Assembly (NCBI GenBank): GCA_035304085.1
Contig: DATGQT010000028.1
Coordinates: 1-50,962, forward strand
Direction: 5' to 3'
DNA from: Rubricoccaceae bacterium
GTDB lineage: Bacteria; Bacteroidota; Rhodothermia; Rhodothermales; Rubricoccaceae
Length of the DNA: 50,962 nt
The notes below the pieces were generated by a model. That model was not told the origin of the DNA, ran no database searches, and was given only the letters and a program-made list of their open reading frames with translations. This document shows, piece by piece, positions 34,815 to 43,888 of this stretch (position 1 is the first letter of the stretch; each line of letters begins with the position of its first letter). The position numbers and the translations under genes were made by a program.

Positions 34815-34880
34815 AGCGGTCGACGGCGGACGGCTGACCGCGGACCGCCGTCCGCAATAAGCAGCGGTCAGCGGTCAACG
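34815..34880. repeat. Word-hairpin element E11 (word GCGGTC)
   Basis: In AGCGGTCGACGGCGGACGGCTGACCGCGGACCGCCGTCCGCAATAAGCAGCGGTCAGCGGTCAACG, GGCGGACGG pairs with CCGTCCGC(C). Confidence 0.6.
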
Positions 34881-35366
34881 TCAGTACCCGGCCGGGCGGG
34901 GGAGCGGGTTGGTGAGGGTGCGGAGGACCTCGAGCCGCTCGGCGCTGCCGCGGGCGAGGTGGCCGAGGATGGCGCGCGTGCGCTCCTGGTGGTGCACGGC
35001 GTCGACCTCGTCGGTGAGGGCGTCGTGGAAGGCCCGCTCGAGGTCGAGGACGTGGTAGAGCATCTCGGCGTCGGTGCGCCCGCGGCCGGTCTCGCCGGGG
35101 CGGAGGTGGGTGCCGAGGGGGGGCGTGCCGCCGGCGCTGTAGATCGTCTCGTCGAGCTTGGCGAGGTGCGTGCGCAGGCGGGGCATCAGGGCGTCTACCT
35201 GCTCCTTCGCGGCGCCGTCCTGGAGCCGCTCGACGGTGTAGTGGTAGGCCTGGAGGAGCCGGTTGTGCTGCTCGACGAGCGGGAGGAGCCGCTCGACGGT
35301 CTCCTCGCGGGAGATGTAGCGGCCGGCGCCGCCCTTGTTGAGGAGGGGTCGGAGGACGGGGAACAT
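34881..35366 (-). CDS. Hypothetical helical protein
   Basis: 161-aa ORF with normal amino-acid composition and His/Glu-rich helices (HHQERTRAILGHL). No family was recognised. Confidence 0.5.
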   Translation of the reverse strand: MFPVLRPLLNKGGAGRYISREETVERLLPLVEQHNRLLQAYHYTVERLQDGAAKEQVDALMPRLRTHLAKLDETIYSAGGTPPLGTHLRPGETGRGRTDAEMLYHVLDLERAFHDALTDEVDAVHHQERTRAILGHLARGSAERLEVLRTLTNPLPRPAGY

Positions 35367-35462
35367 GGCGGGAGGGGCAGGAGGGACGGCCGGAAGGTCG
35401 CACCGCGAGCGGGTCCGCCGCGTGAAAAAGCCGCCACCCGCGCCTGTTCCCCCGTGCCCGCG

Positions 35463-36806
35463 TCAGTCGCCGAGGCCGAGGGCGGCGGCGAGGGGGGCGT
35501 CGCGGCCGTAGACGTCGGCGTAGCGGGTCACGCGGCCGTCGGCGTCGGCCCACGCGGTGAAGTAGACGAGGTGGACGGGGACGGGCCGCTCGAGGTCCAC
35601 GTAGCGCGTGCGCCACGGCCCCCGCCAGATGGCCGCGACCTCCTCGTCGCGCCAGCCGTTGGCGTGGCGCATGACGGCCATGGCGAGGCTGTCCGGGCGG
35701 TGGGCGCGCACGCAGCCGTGGGAGTACGCCCGCTCGTCGCGCCCGAACGCCCACTGGCTGTTGGTGTCGTGGATGTAGATGGCGTGCTCGTTGGGGAAGA
35801 GGAATTTGGCGCGGCCGAGGGGGTTGCCGGGGCCGGGCCCGCGCACCATCCGCCCCCGGTAGTAGCCGTAGGACTCCCGCTGGATCGAGGGCGGGATCGT
35901 CCACGTCGGGTTGAACACCACCTGCTCCATCGTGTCCGTCATCACGGTCGTGGACCACCCGGGCTTGCCGACGACGACGCGCATGCGGGCCTCCTCGCGC
36001 CAGCGGTCCCCGTCGCGCGCGCGCACGGCGAGCTCGAAGGCGGGGATGTTGACGAGGACGTGGAAGTCGCCGAGGCTGTCGGGCAGCCACCGCCACCGCT
36101 CGAGGTTGAGGCGGAGGAGGGGGACGAGGTCGGCGTCGCCCTCGTCGGGGCGTTCGAGGGCGCGGGCGAGGGCGGTGCGGAGGGCGCGGTAGTCCGCGCT
36201 CTGCGGGCGGAGCCGGTCGAGGGCGCGGGCGACGCCCTCGGCGGGGACGGGCGCGGCGACGGCCTCGGCGAGGGCGGCCGGGAGGTCGGGGGGGCGGCGG
36301 GGGACGGGCCGCCACTGGCTCCGCCGGTAGAGGCTGTCCGGCGCCACGCGCGGCGCGTGCAGCCCCTCGCCGAGGCGGAAGAAGAGGTCGCTGAAGAGGA
36401 GGTCGCGTTCGGCGGCGAGGCTGTCGCCCGCGAGGCTCCTGGGGACGGTGGTGGTGTCGAGGGCGGCGAGGGCGCGGGGGGCGAACGCCTCGGGGTCGAG
36501 GCCGTCGGCGGCGACGTCCGCGAGGAGCCAGAGGAGGGTGTCGCGGGCGGAGCCGTCGGCCCAGGCGGGGGCGTAGGCGCGCGCGGCGTAGAACGGCGCC
36601 ACGGCCTCGTGGAGCGTCACGCGCTCGCCGCCGAGGAAGGCGTAGGCGCCGGCGGCGAGGCGGGACCGGATCGCCTCGGCGACGCGCGGCTCGTGCGCCC
36701 ACGGCCGCGCCTCGAGGATCGAGAGCGCCGCGCTTCCGCCCAGGCACAGCAGCAGGCCGAGGAGGGCGACGGGGGAGACGTGATAGCGGCGGCGGCGGTC
36801 GGACAT
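35463..36806 (-). CDS. Murein L,D-transpeptidase (YcbB-type), copy 1
   Basis: Start at ATG 36806 with an N-terminal TM. The YkuD catalytic region is IYIHDTNSQWAFGRDERAYSHGCVR. Confidence 0.85.
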   Translation of the reverse strand: MSDRRRRYHVSPVALLGLLLCLGGSAALSILEARPWAHEPRVAEAIRSRLAAGAYAFLGGERVTLHEAVAPFYAARAYAPAWADGSARDTLLWLLADVAADGLDPEAFAPRALAALDTTTVPRSLAGDSLAAERDLLFSDLFFRLGEGLHAPRVAPDSLYRRSQWRPVPRRPPDLPAALAEAVAAPVPAEGVARALDRLRPQSADYRALRTALARALERPDEGDADLVPLLRLNLERWRWLPDSLGDFHVLVNIPAFELAVRARDGDRWREEARMRVVVGKPGWSTTVMTDTMEQVVFNPTWTIPPSIQRESYGYYRGRMVRGPGPGNPLGRAKFLFPNEHAIYIHDTNSQWAFGRDERAYSHGCVRAHRPDSLAMAVMRHANGWRDEEVAAIWRGPWRTRYVDLERPVPVHLVYFTAWADADGRVTRYADVYGRDAPLAAALGLGD

Positions 36807-36929
36807 AAGCCAGGACGCTGTCTGATCCCAGGTCCCGAGCGGGGAGCGCAATGTAGGGCGGAGCCCCTTCGCTCCCAATACCTTACCGAACCGCCGCCGG
36901 GGCGTTTCGCGCCGTCTTCGGACGCGGGT

Positions 36930-38633
36930 TCATCCCGCCTCGGCCGCCTGATCCCCGGCCGTCCCGAAGGGGAGGCCGAGGGCGGCGGCGAGCACGGCGT
37001 CGTGGCCGTAGACGTCGTCGTAGAGGCGGAGGCGGCCGTCGGCCTCGGGCCACGCCGTGAAGTAGACGAAGTGGACGGGGACCGGCCGCGCCAGCGGCAC
37101 CGCCCGCTCGCCCCACCGCGCCATCCACGCGTCGACCTCGCCGGCGGGCCAGCGGTTGACGACGCCGAGGAGGAGGCGGGCGAGGGCCGGGGCGTCGGAG
37201 GCCTGCACGCAGCCGGTCGAGACGGCGCGGTCGGCGCGGGCGAAGTGGCCTGGCTTGTTGGTGTCGTGGATGAGGACGGCGTGGGCGTTCGGCATCACGA
37301 ACTTCAGCCGCCCCAGCGGGTTGCCCCGCCCCGGCCGCTGAACGAAGCTGAACTCGTCCACGGAGACGGAGTCCCACGGCACGAGCCGTGGGTCCACGGG
37401 GGCTCCGCCCCGGTAGACCCTGAACCCCTGCCGCGTGAGCGCCGTGCTGTCGGCCCGCGCCATCGGGAGGAGCGAGGCGGCGGCGATGGACGACGGCACG
37501 TACCACGTCGGGTCGAAGACGACGGTGGTGATGGAGTCGCTGAGGACGGGGGTCGTCCAGCTCCCGGCGTCGGCGAGGCCGATGGCGGCGGGCATGCGGA
37601 GGGTGTCGCGCCAGCCCCCGCGCGCCGCCACGTTCCGCACGGTCAGCTCGTAGGCGGGCAGGTTGGCCAGGACGTGGAAGTCGCCGAGGTGATCCGGCAG
37701 CCACCGCCACCGCTCCAGGTTCATCTCCACGGCCGCGACGACCTCGGCGTGGTCGCGGTTGAGGCGGCGGGTGACCTCGGGGGTGAGGACGCTGTCGGCG
37801 GGCAGCTCGCCGTCGGCCTGGAAGCGGGCGAGGGCGCCGGCCAGCAGGGAGTCGAACCGGAACGGCTCGGGCGCGGCCCAGCCGTTCACGTCGGCCGCGA
37901 GGTAGCCGAGAGCGGCCAGGCGCCCGCGCAGGTGCGGCACGCGGATCGAGCGCTCGCCGACGTGGAGCGGGGCGCCGTCGGGGATGGGCGCCCAGTAGGG
38001 CTCGGCGGCGCGGAGGCGGGCCAGCGCGCGGCGGAGCGCGGCGTACTCGGGGTGGCGCGGGCGGAGGGCGTCGAGGGCGTCGAGCGCGGCGTCGGCGTCG
38101 CCGGCGCGGACGGCCCGGTGGAGGAGGACGAGCGCCGTGTCCGCGCGCGGGGCGGCGTGCCACTGGTCCGGGTACAGCGAGTCCGGCACGACGCGGCGGC
38201 CGAGGAGGGCGTCGGCGTAGCGGAGGAGGCCATCGGTGAGGAGGAGGTCGGCCTCGGCGAGGACGGCGGCGCGGGGGTCGGGGCCGTCGTCGGGGACGGG
38301 CGCGTCGTTCAGGGCGGCGAGGCGGCCGGCGAGGTAGGCGAGGCGCCCGGCGTGGACGAGGGCGGGGGGGAGGCCCTCCTCGGGCGCGCCGGCGAGGGCG
38401 CGGTAGAGGGCGACCTGCGCCTCGGTCGTCTCCCACCGGGGCTGGTAGCGCGCGGCGGCGTAGAGCGTGCGGGTGTCGTCGCCGAGGGGGAGGGCCGCGA
38501 CGCGCGGGCGCAGCGCCCCGGCGACGTCCTCCCGCGAAGGGGCGGGTTCGCCGAAGAGGCCGCCGAAGAGGCCGCCCGCGAGCGCGAGCGCCCCGAGCAG
38601 GTGCGCGAACAGGGGAGCCGGACGGTGGGACAT
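36930..38633 (-). CDS. Murein L,D-transpeptidase (YcbB-type), copy 2
   Basis: Start at ATG 38633. The YkuD catalytic region is VLIHDTNKPGHFARADRAVSTGCVQ. The NLERWRWLPD..GDFHVL.N.PA.EL block is shared with copy 1. Confidence 0.85.
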   Translation of the reverse strand: MSHRPAPLFAHLLGALALAGGLFGGLFGEPAPSREDVAGALRPRVAALPLGDDTRTLYAAARYQPRWETTEAQVALYRALAGAPEEGLPPALVHAGRLAYLAGRLAALNDAPVPDDGPDPRAAVLAEADLLLTDGLLRYADALLGRRVVPDSLYPDQWHAAPRADTALVLLHRAVRAGDADAALDALDALRPRHPEYAALRRALARLRAAEPYWAPIPDGAPLHVGERSIRVPHLRGRLAALGYLAADVNGWAAPEPFRFDSLLAGALARFQADGELPADSVLTPEVTRRLNRDHAEVVAAVEMNLERWRWLPDHLGDFHVLANLPAYELTVRNVAARGGWRDTLRMPAAIGLADAGSWTTPVLSDSITTVVFDPTWYVPSSIAAASLLPMARADSTALTRQGFRVYRGGAPVDPRLVPWDSVSVDEFSFVQRPGRGNPLGRLKFVMPNAHAVLIHDTNKPGHFARADRAVSTGCVQASDAPALARLLLGVVNRWPAGEVDAWMARWGERAVPLARPVPVHFVYFTAWPEADGRLRLYDDVYGHDAVLAAALGLPFGTAGDQAAEAG

Positions 38634-38803
38634 GGGGGAAGGGCGAGGCTCCGTCCTACGCCAAGGTAGGGCGGATGGGTTTCTCCGCCGTCGCGAGGGC
38701 ATCCGCAATGTCCCTGTAACTTCGACGGCCCACGCCCTCTCCCGGCGTCCGGGGAGCCGAACGCCGGGTCACGCGTGGGAGCCCTGCCACCCACCACGCC
38801 CCC

Positions 38804-39676
38804 ATGCCGCCCCCGTCGCCCACGATGGAGCCCCCGCCCGAGTCGTTGCCCTCCGGCCCCGTTGCCCCCGCCCGCCGCCGCGTCCTCCCCTTCGACCCCC
38901 GGCGAGACGGGTTCGCCTTCCCCAACACGTTCCGGTGGACGGCCGCTGACCTCGACCACCTCGGGCGCGAGCTGCGCCCGCTCCTGCGGGGCCTCGCCGT
39001 CGCGGTGCCCGCCGCCGTGGGCGCGGGCCTGCGCGGGAGGCGCGGGCTCGTCGCCGGCGCCGGGCTCGGCGCCCTCGCCGGGCTCCTCCGCGTGCCCGAG
39101 GCGGGCGTGGCCCGGATCGCGCGGCGGTGGTCGTCGTTCGGGCTCTGCGGCGGGATGGCGCTGGCGGCGGCCGAGCGGTGGCCGCACCGCGGTGCCGGGC
39201 TGGAGACGGCCGCGCTCCAGCCGTCGTTCGTCCGCGCCCTCCTGCGGCGGCGGCAGGCGGCGGCGCTCCGCGCGGCGTGGCCGCAGTTCCTGCGGTGGTG
39301 GCTCCGCGCCCTCGCGGCCCGGGGCGAGCCCCTCGCCGCCGCCGCCGACCTCGAGGCCGAGGTCGACCGCCTCCGCGCCCGCCTCGACGCCGGCCGCCCC
39401 GCCGTCGTCGGCCTCGCGGGCGACGCGCCCGACCCCTTCTCGCTCCACCAGGTCGTCGCCTTCGGCTACGAGGAGGAGGGGGCGGTGACGACGTTCCTCG
39501 TCTACGACCCCAACGCGCCCGGCCGCACGCGCCACCTCCGCGCCTGGACGGCCGACGGCCGCGCCCACGTCGCCACCGACCTCCCGACGGGGCCGAAGGG
39601 GCGCCGCGGCTACCACATCCACCGCACGCCGGGCCGCGTCGCCATGCTGTTCGCCGTGGAGGCCGACGAGGGCTAG
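38804..39676 (+). CDS. Hypothetical protein with a possible papain-like Cys-His-Asp/Asn triad
   Basis: SSFGLCGGMALAAA (Cys at a helix N-terminus), then HQVVAFGY and VYDPN about 110 residues later. There is no signal peptide. The exact start is uncertain (Pro-rich N-terminus). Confidence 0.5.
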   Translation: MPPPSPTMEPPPESLPSGPVAPARRRVLPFDPRRDGFAFPNTFRWTAADLDHLGRELRPLLRGLAVAVPAAVGAGLRGRRGLVAGAGLGALAGLLRVPEAGVARIARRWSSFGLCGGMALAAAERWPHRGAGLETAALQPSFVRALLRRRQAAALRAAWPQFLRWWLRALAARGEPLAAAADLEAEVDRLRARLDAGRPAVVGLAGDAPDPFSLHQVVAFGYEEEGAVTTFLVYDPNAPGRTRHLRAWTADGRAHVATDLPTGPKGRRGYHIHRTPGRVAMLFAVEADEG

Positions 39677-39681
39677 GAGGG

Positions 39682-40770
39682 CTAGGCCCGCGCCTCGTCC
39701 GGGGGCGAGGCCTCCTTCCGGTGGGCCTGGCCGTTGGGCGGGAGCGGCGGGGCGAGGTCGGAGCGGCCGGGGGCGGGGCCGGGGTCGTCGGCGCCGGGGA
39801 GGTGGACCGGCTCGTCCGGCCGGGGGCGGGGGCCGCGGCGGTGCTCCCGGGCCGCCGCCGCCCACGAGAACAGGGCCGAGGCGCCGATGAGGCTGGTGAT
39901 CACGCTGAGGGAGACCCACGTCGGCACGTGGACCCACTCGTGGGCGAGCATCTTCGCGCCGATGAAGACGAGGACGAGGCCGAGGCCGTAGTGGAGGTAG
40001 CGCACGCGCTCGATGATCCCTGCGAGCAGGAAGTACAGCGCCCGCAGCCCCACTATCGCCATGATGTTCGACGAGAACGCGAGGAAGGGGTCGGTCGTGA
40101 TGCCGAGGATGGCCGGGATCGAGTCCACCGCGAACACGACGTCCGTCAGCTCGATCATCACGAGGACGAGGAAGAGCGGCGTGACGAGGCGCCTCCCCAT
40201 CCGCTTGATGAAGAACTGCTCGCCGTGGTAGCTCTTCGTGACGGGGAGCACGCGGCGGAGCGTGCGGAGGAGGCGGTTCTGCCCGGGCTCCTCGGCCACC
40301 TCGCTCGTGATCAGCATCCGCATCCCCGTGAGCAGGAGGAACACCCCGAACACGTAGAGCACCCACTCGAACCGGTTGATCAGCGCGACGCCGAGGAAGA
40401 TCATCACCGCGCGCATGACGACGGCGCCGAAGATGCCCCAGAACAGCACGCGGTGCTGGTACTGCGCCGGCACGCCGAAGTACCCGAACAGCACCGCGAT
40501 CACGAACAGGTTGTCGACCGAGAGCGAGACCTCGACGAGGTACCCGGTGAAGAACGTGAGCCCCGCCGTCGCCCCGTACTCCAGCCACACGAACACGTTG
40601 ACGGCGACGGCCGAGAGGATGAAGAACGCCGAGATGCGCGCGGCCTCCCCCCACTCGATCTTGTGCGACTTCCGGTTGAACCAGAGGAGGTCGATCAGGA
40701 GCAGCGTGACGACGTAGGCGACGAAGCCGCCCCACACCAGCCCGGAGACGTCGAGGTGGTCATTCGGCAT
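39682..40770 (-). CDS. TerC-family integral membrane protein
   Basis: YLVEVSLSVDNLFVIAVLF and AVDSIPAILGIT are the two TerC repeat signatures. There is an Arg/Pro-rich C-terminal tail. Confidence 0.88.
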   Translation of the reverse strand: MPNDHLDVSGLVWGGFVAYVVTLLLIDLLWFNRKSHKIEWGEAARISAFFILSAVAVNVFVWLEYGATAGLTFFTGYLVEVSLSVDNLFVIAVLFGYFGVPAQYQHRVLFWGIFGAVVMRAVMIFLGVALINRFEWVLYVFGVFLLLTGMRMLITSEVAEEPGQNRLLRTLRRVLPVTKSYHGEQFFIKRMGRRLVTPLFLVLVMIELTDVVFAVDSIPAILGITTDPFLAFSSNIMAIVGLRALYFLLAGIIERVRYLHYGLGLVLVFIGAKMLAHEWVHVPTWVSLSVITSLIGASALFSWAAAAREHRRGPRPRPDEPVHLPGADDPGPAPGRSDLAPPLPPNGQAHRKEASPPDEARA

Positions 40771-40846
40771 GTGGGGGACGGAGGGGGGATGGGGCAGGCT
40801 GGAATCCGGCCTTGTACGCGCGGAATTGCGGAAGTGCCGGAGGCGG

Positions 40847-41350
40847 TCAGGTTTCGCTGAGGTCGCGGTGGCCGAAGTAGTACAGGCACAGCTTCAGCTT
40901 CTCCGCCTTCAGCGGGCCGAACCCCGGCAGCGCCCGGACGCGCGCCTCGACCTCGGCGCAGGTGCCCTCGCCCCAGAGGTTGGCGGCGCTGCCGCCGTAG
41001 TCGTCGGCGAGGATGCGGGCGAGCGCCTGCGTCCGCGCGGCCATCGTCCCGGTGAAGCGGTGGACGGCCGGGGGCTCCCGGAAGACGGCCAGGAACGCGT
41101 CGGGGTCCATGTCGGCGATCCGCCTCATGTCGAGGTGGCCGAGGCGCCGGCGCAGCTTGAGCGGGCCGACGAACGCCGTCTCGGCCAGCACGCGCTGGTC
41201 GTAGAGGAGGCCGAGGAGGACGGCGTTGGGCTCGTCGCGGAGGAACGCGTCGGCGTCGGGGTCCTTCGTCGCCGTGCCCTCCATCTGGAGGCGGTCTAGC
41301 ATGCGGGCGAGGCCGCCTTCGAGGTGGGCGTAATCGGAAGCGTCGATCAT
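40847..41350 (-). CDS. HhH-GPD-type base-excision DNA repair-like protein
   Basis: Start at ATG 41350. AVLLGLLYDQRV...AVHRF...LPGFGPLKAEKLKLCL matches the small HhH-GPD-type family as I recall it. Confidence 0.65.
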   Translation of the reverse strand: MIDASDYAHLEGGLARMLDRLQMEGTATKDPDADAFLRDEPNAVLLGLLYDQRVLAETAFVGPLKLRRRLGHLDMRRIADMDPDAFLAVFREPPAVHRFTGTMAARTQALARILADDYGGSAANLWGEGTCAEVEARVRALPGFGPLKAEKLKLCLYYFGHRDLSET

Positions 41351-41466
41351 GGTCCGTGGTCCGTGGTCCGTGGTCCGTGGTCCGTGGTCCGTGGTCCGTG
41401 GTCCGTGGGGGAAGGGCGGGGCGGGAGAAGTTCCTCTGACCTCTGCCTTCTGACCCCTGTCTTCTG
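41351..41466. repeat. Element E12: 8-unit heptamer array plus the same conserved core as E8
   Basis: 41351-41406 is (GGTCCGT)x8, starting immediately after the ATG (41350-41348) of the minus-strand gene. It is followed by GGGGGAAGGGCGGGGCGGGAGAAGTTCCTCTGACCTCTGCCTTCTGACCCCTGTCTTCTGTC. Confidence 0.9.
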
Positions 41467-43014
41467 TCAACTGATCTTGCGTCGCCAGCGGGTGCCCTCG
41501 GGCGTGTCCATCACCTCGACGCCGAGGGCGTCGAGCTCGGCGCGGATGGCGTCGGCGCGGGGCCAGTCCCGCGCGGCACGCGCCTCGGCGCGCTGCACGA
41601 GGAGGGCCTCCACCTGCGTCGCCAGCCCGTCCGTCTCGGGCTGCGCCGGTTCTGCGGCGACCTCCTCGTGGCGGACGATGCCGAGGAGGGCGTTGATCCG
41701 GTCGAGGAAGTCGGCGGCGGAGCGGGCGGCGGCGGCGGAGAGGGGCGCCCGGTGGTGCTCTCCGAGTACGGCGCCGACGCCGCGGTAGGCGGCGGCGAGG
41801 GCCTCGGGCGTGTTGAGGTCGTCGCACATCGCCGCGAGGGCGTCGTCGTAGGCCTGCCGGAGCGGCCCGGCCAGGCGGTCCTCGCCCTCGCGACCCGCCG
41901 CAAGCGCCTCCTCGGCCACGCGCGCGGCCTCCTCGATGCGCTGGCGCTGCTTCTGCGCGTCCTTGAGCGCCTTCCGCGTGAAGTTGAACGGCTGGCGGTA
42001 GCTGCCCTGGAGGAGCGCGAGGCGGAGGGCCAGCGGGTCCACGGGCGCGCCCCAGTCGGCCCGCCCGCCCGCCTCCGGCGGCGCCGTCAGGTCGCGGACG
42101 GTGAGGAAGTTGCCGAGCCGCTTGCTCATCTTCTCGCCCTCGACGAGCAGGAAGCGGGTGTGTATCCAGTGGCGGGCGAAGGGCTGCCCGGAGAGGGCCT
42201 CCGCCTGCGCGATCTCGCACTCGTGGTGGGGGAACCGGAGGTCCTCACCACCCCCGTGGAGGTCTATCGTCTCGCCGAGGTACTGCTGCGCCATCACGGA
42301 GCACTCGAGGTGCCAGCCGGGGAAGCCCCAGCCGAAGGGGGAGTGCCACTGCATGAGGTGGCCGGGGTCCTTCTTCCAGAGCGCGAAGTCGCGGGGGTCC
42401 CGCTTCTGCTCGTCCACGACGACGGCGCGCGAGGCGGCGGCGGCGCCGACGTCGAGCTGCTCGGCCTCGGTGTTGCCGGAGAGCTTGCCGTAGTCGGGGA
42501 AGGAGGGGACGTGGAAGTAGACGCCGTCGTCGGTCTCGTAGGCGTGGCCCTTCCGCACGAGCGCCTCGGTGGCGAGGATCTGCTCGCGGACGTGCTCGGT
42601 GGCGCGGGGGCGGACGGTGGGCTCGCGGAGGTTGAGCGCGCGCCAGTCGGCCTCGAGGGCGGCGGTGTAGTGGCGCGCGAGGTCCCACACGTTGGCGAAC
42701 CGCTCGCCCTCCTTGCTCGCCAGCGCCTTCGCCATGCGGTCCTCGCCCGCGGCGTCGGCCACGTCGTCCTCCGTCAGGTGGCCGACGTCGGTGACGTTGG
42801 AGACGTAGCGGACGGCCCACCCCAGCGCCTCGGCCACCCGCACGACGAGGTCGGCCGTGAGGAACGTGCGGAAGTTGCCGATGTGGGCGTAGGAGTAGAC
42901 CGTCGGCCCGCACGAGTAGAACCGGAGGACGGGCGTGCCGTCGGCGGTCCGCTCCGAGGGAACGAGCGGGCGGGTCTGCCGGGTGAGGGAGTCGTAGAGG
43001 AGGAAGTCGGGCAC
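41467..43014 (-). CDS. cysS: Cysteine--tRNA ligase
   Basis: The GTG start at 43014 lies 7 nt after the sufE stop. HIGH-type motif (YAHIGNFR) and KMSKR (EKMSKRLGN). Upstream codons in the track ORF are artefactual. Confidence 0.9.
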   Translation of the reverse strand: MPDFLLYDSLTRQTRPLVPSERTADGTPVLRFYSCGPTVYSYAHIGNFRTFLTADLVVRVAEALGWAVRYVSNVTDVGHLTEDDVADAAGEDRMAKALASKEGERFANVWDLARHYTAALEADWRALNLREPTVRPRATEHVREQILATEALVRKGHAYETDDGVYFHVPSFPDYGKLSGNTEAEQLDVGAAAASRAVVVDEQKRDPRDFALWKKDPGHLMQWHSPFGWGFPGWHLECSVMAQQYLGETIDLHGGGEDLRFPHHECEIAQAEALSGQPFARHWIHTRFLLVEGEKMSKRLGNFLTVRDLTAPPEAGGRADWGAPVDPLALRLALLQGSYRQPFNFTRKALKDAQKQRQRIEEAARVAEEALAAGREGEDRLAGPLRQAYDDALAAMCDDLNTPEALAAAYRGVGAVLGEHHRAPLSAAAARSAADFLDRINALLGIVRHEEVAAEPAQPETDGLATQVEALLVQRAEARAARDWPRADAIRAELDALGVEVMDTPEGTRWRRKIS

Positions 43015-43021
43015 GTACGGG

Positions 43022-43447
43022 CTAGTTGGCGCGTTCGAGGGCGGACCGCGCCTCGGCCTGCATCCGGGCGAGGATGTTGGCGAGGCCGCCCTGGCGGGTG
43101 GGCGAGAGGCTCTCGCCGAGGCCGGAGGCGCGGATGAACGCGGGGTCCACGGCGAGGACGGCCTCGGGCGGCTCCCCCGTGAGGCCGTTGACGAGGACGG
43201 CCACCATCCCCCGGACGATCTGGGCGTCGGCGTAGCCGCGGTAGCGCATGGCGTTCGCCGCGGCGTCGTAGCCGGCGTCGAGGTAGACGAGGGAGGTGCA
43301 GCCGCGGACGCGGTGGGCCTCGTCCATCTTCGCCTCGGGGTAGTCCCCGAGCGCCTCGGCGTAGTCGAGGAGGAGCATGGAGCGGGTGAGGCGGTCGAGG
43401 GGCGCCGCCTCGTCCACGAACCGCTGGAGCTTCTCGGGGAGGGGCAT
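43022..43447 (-). CDS. sufE: SufE-like cysteine desulfuration protein
   Basis: 141 aa with HRVRGCTSLVYL (the conserved persulfide Cys) and the typical length. Confidence 0.85.
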   Translation of the reverse strand: MPLPEKLQRFVDEAAPLDRLTRSMLLLDYAEALGDYPEAKMDEAHRVRGCTSLVYLDAGYDAAANAMRYRGYADAQIVRGMVAVLVNGLTGEPPEAVLAVDPAFIRASGLGESLSPTRQGGLANILARMQAEARSALERAN

Positions 43448-43597
43448 GGGCGGGGGCGGGGGACGGCCGGAAAGCTACCCACGCCCCAACGCCGTGGCCC
43501 CGCCGGAGTGCCCTGCGTTTAGGTGAATCCCCTAGCAACTCGCCGTTGCCCCCCGCCTACAACCCGCCGACCGTCCCCCCATCCAACCCCCTTCGTC

Positions 43598-43879
43598 ATG
43601 AGCAGCAAAGGAAAAGCGACGACGGACCACGACGAGATCCGGCGTTGGGCCGAGGTCCGCAGCGGCCGGCCGATGGCCGTCCGCGCCATCCCAGGAGGCG
43701 ACACCCGGGTGATCCGCCTCGCCTTCCCCGACCTCCCCCACGCCGACGCCGAGGGCCTCGACCCCATCTCCTGGGACGAGTGGTTCCGGCAGTTCGAGGC
43801 CGACGACCTCGCCCTCCTCATCGAGGAGACGACGAGCGACGGGCGGCGGAGTACCTTCAACAAACTGGTGAGCCGCTAG
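43598..43879 (+). CDS. Small conserved hypothetical protein
   Basis: Start at ATG 43598 (93 aa). It contains TTDHDEIRRWAEVRSGRPMAV....ISWDEWFRQFE. No function is known to me. Confidence 0.55.
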   Translation: MSSKGKATTDHDEIRRWAEVRSGRPMAVRAIPGGDTRVIRLAFPDLPHADAEGLDPISWDEWFRQFEADDLALLIEETTSDGRRSTFNKLVSR

Positions 43880-43888
43880 CCGACGTTC

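Noticed and set aside
34815-34880. T-box or attenuator leader for trpS.
   Set aside because: The gap is only 66 nt and is occupied by a GCGGTC-word hairpin. No specifier loop or T-box sequence is visible.
33918-38669. 1583-aa plus-strand ORF, and similar giants such as 14320-17577 (-), 1822-3972 (+), 6036-8060 (-), 22622-24433 (+), 46342-48603 (-), and the upstream two-thirds of 2782-6054 (-).
   Set aside because: Their translations are dominated by Arg/Gly/Ala/Pro/Glu/Asp runs with no recognisable motifs. They lie antisense or out of frame to ORFs that have clear family signatures. Long stop-free alternative frames are expected in about 70% GC DNA.
40771-40846. Expected yybP-ykoY (Mn) riboswitch upstream of the TerC-family gene.
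   Set aside because: Only 76 nt are available, and the minus-strand sequence lacks the conserved GGGGAGUAG and other core features as far as I can see. Needs an Infernal search to be certain.
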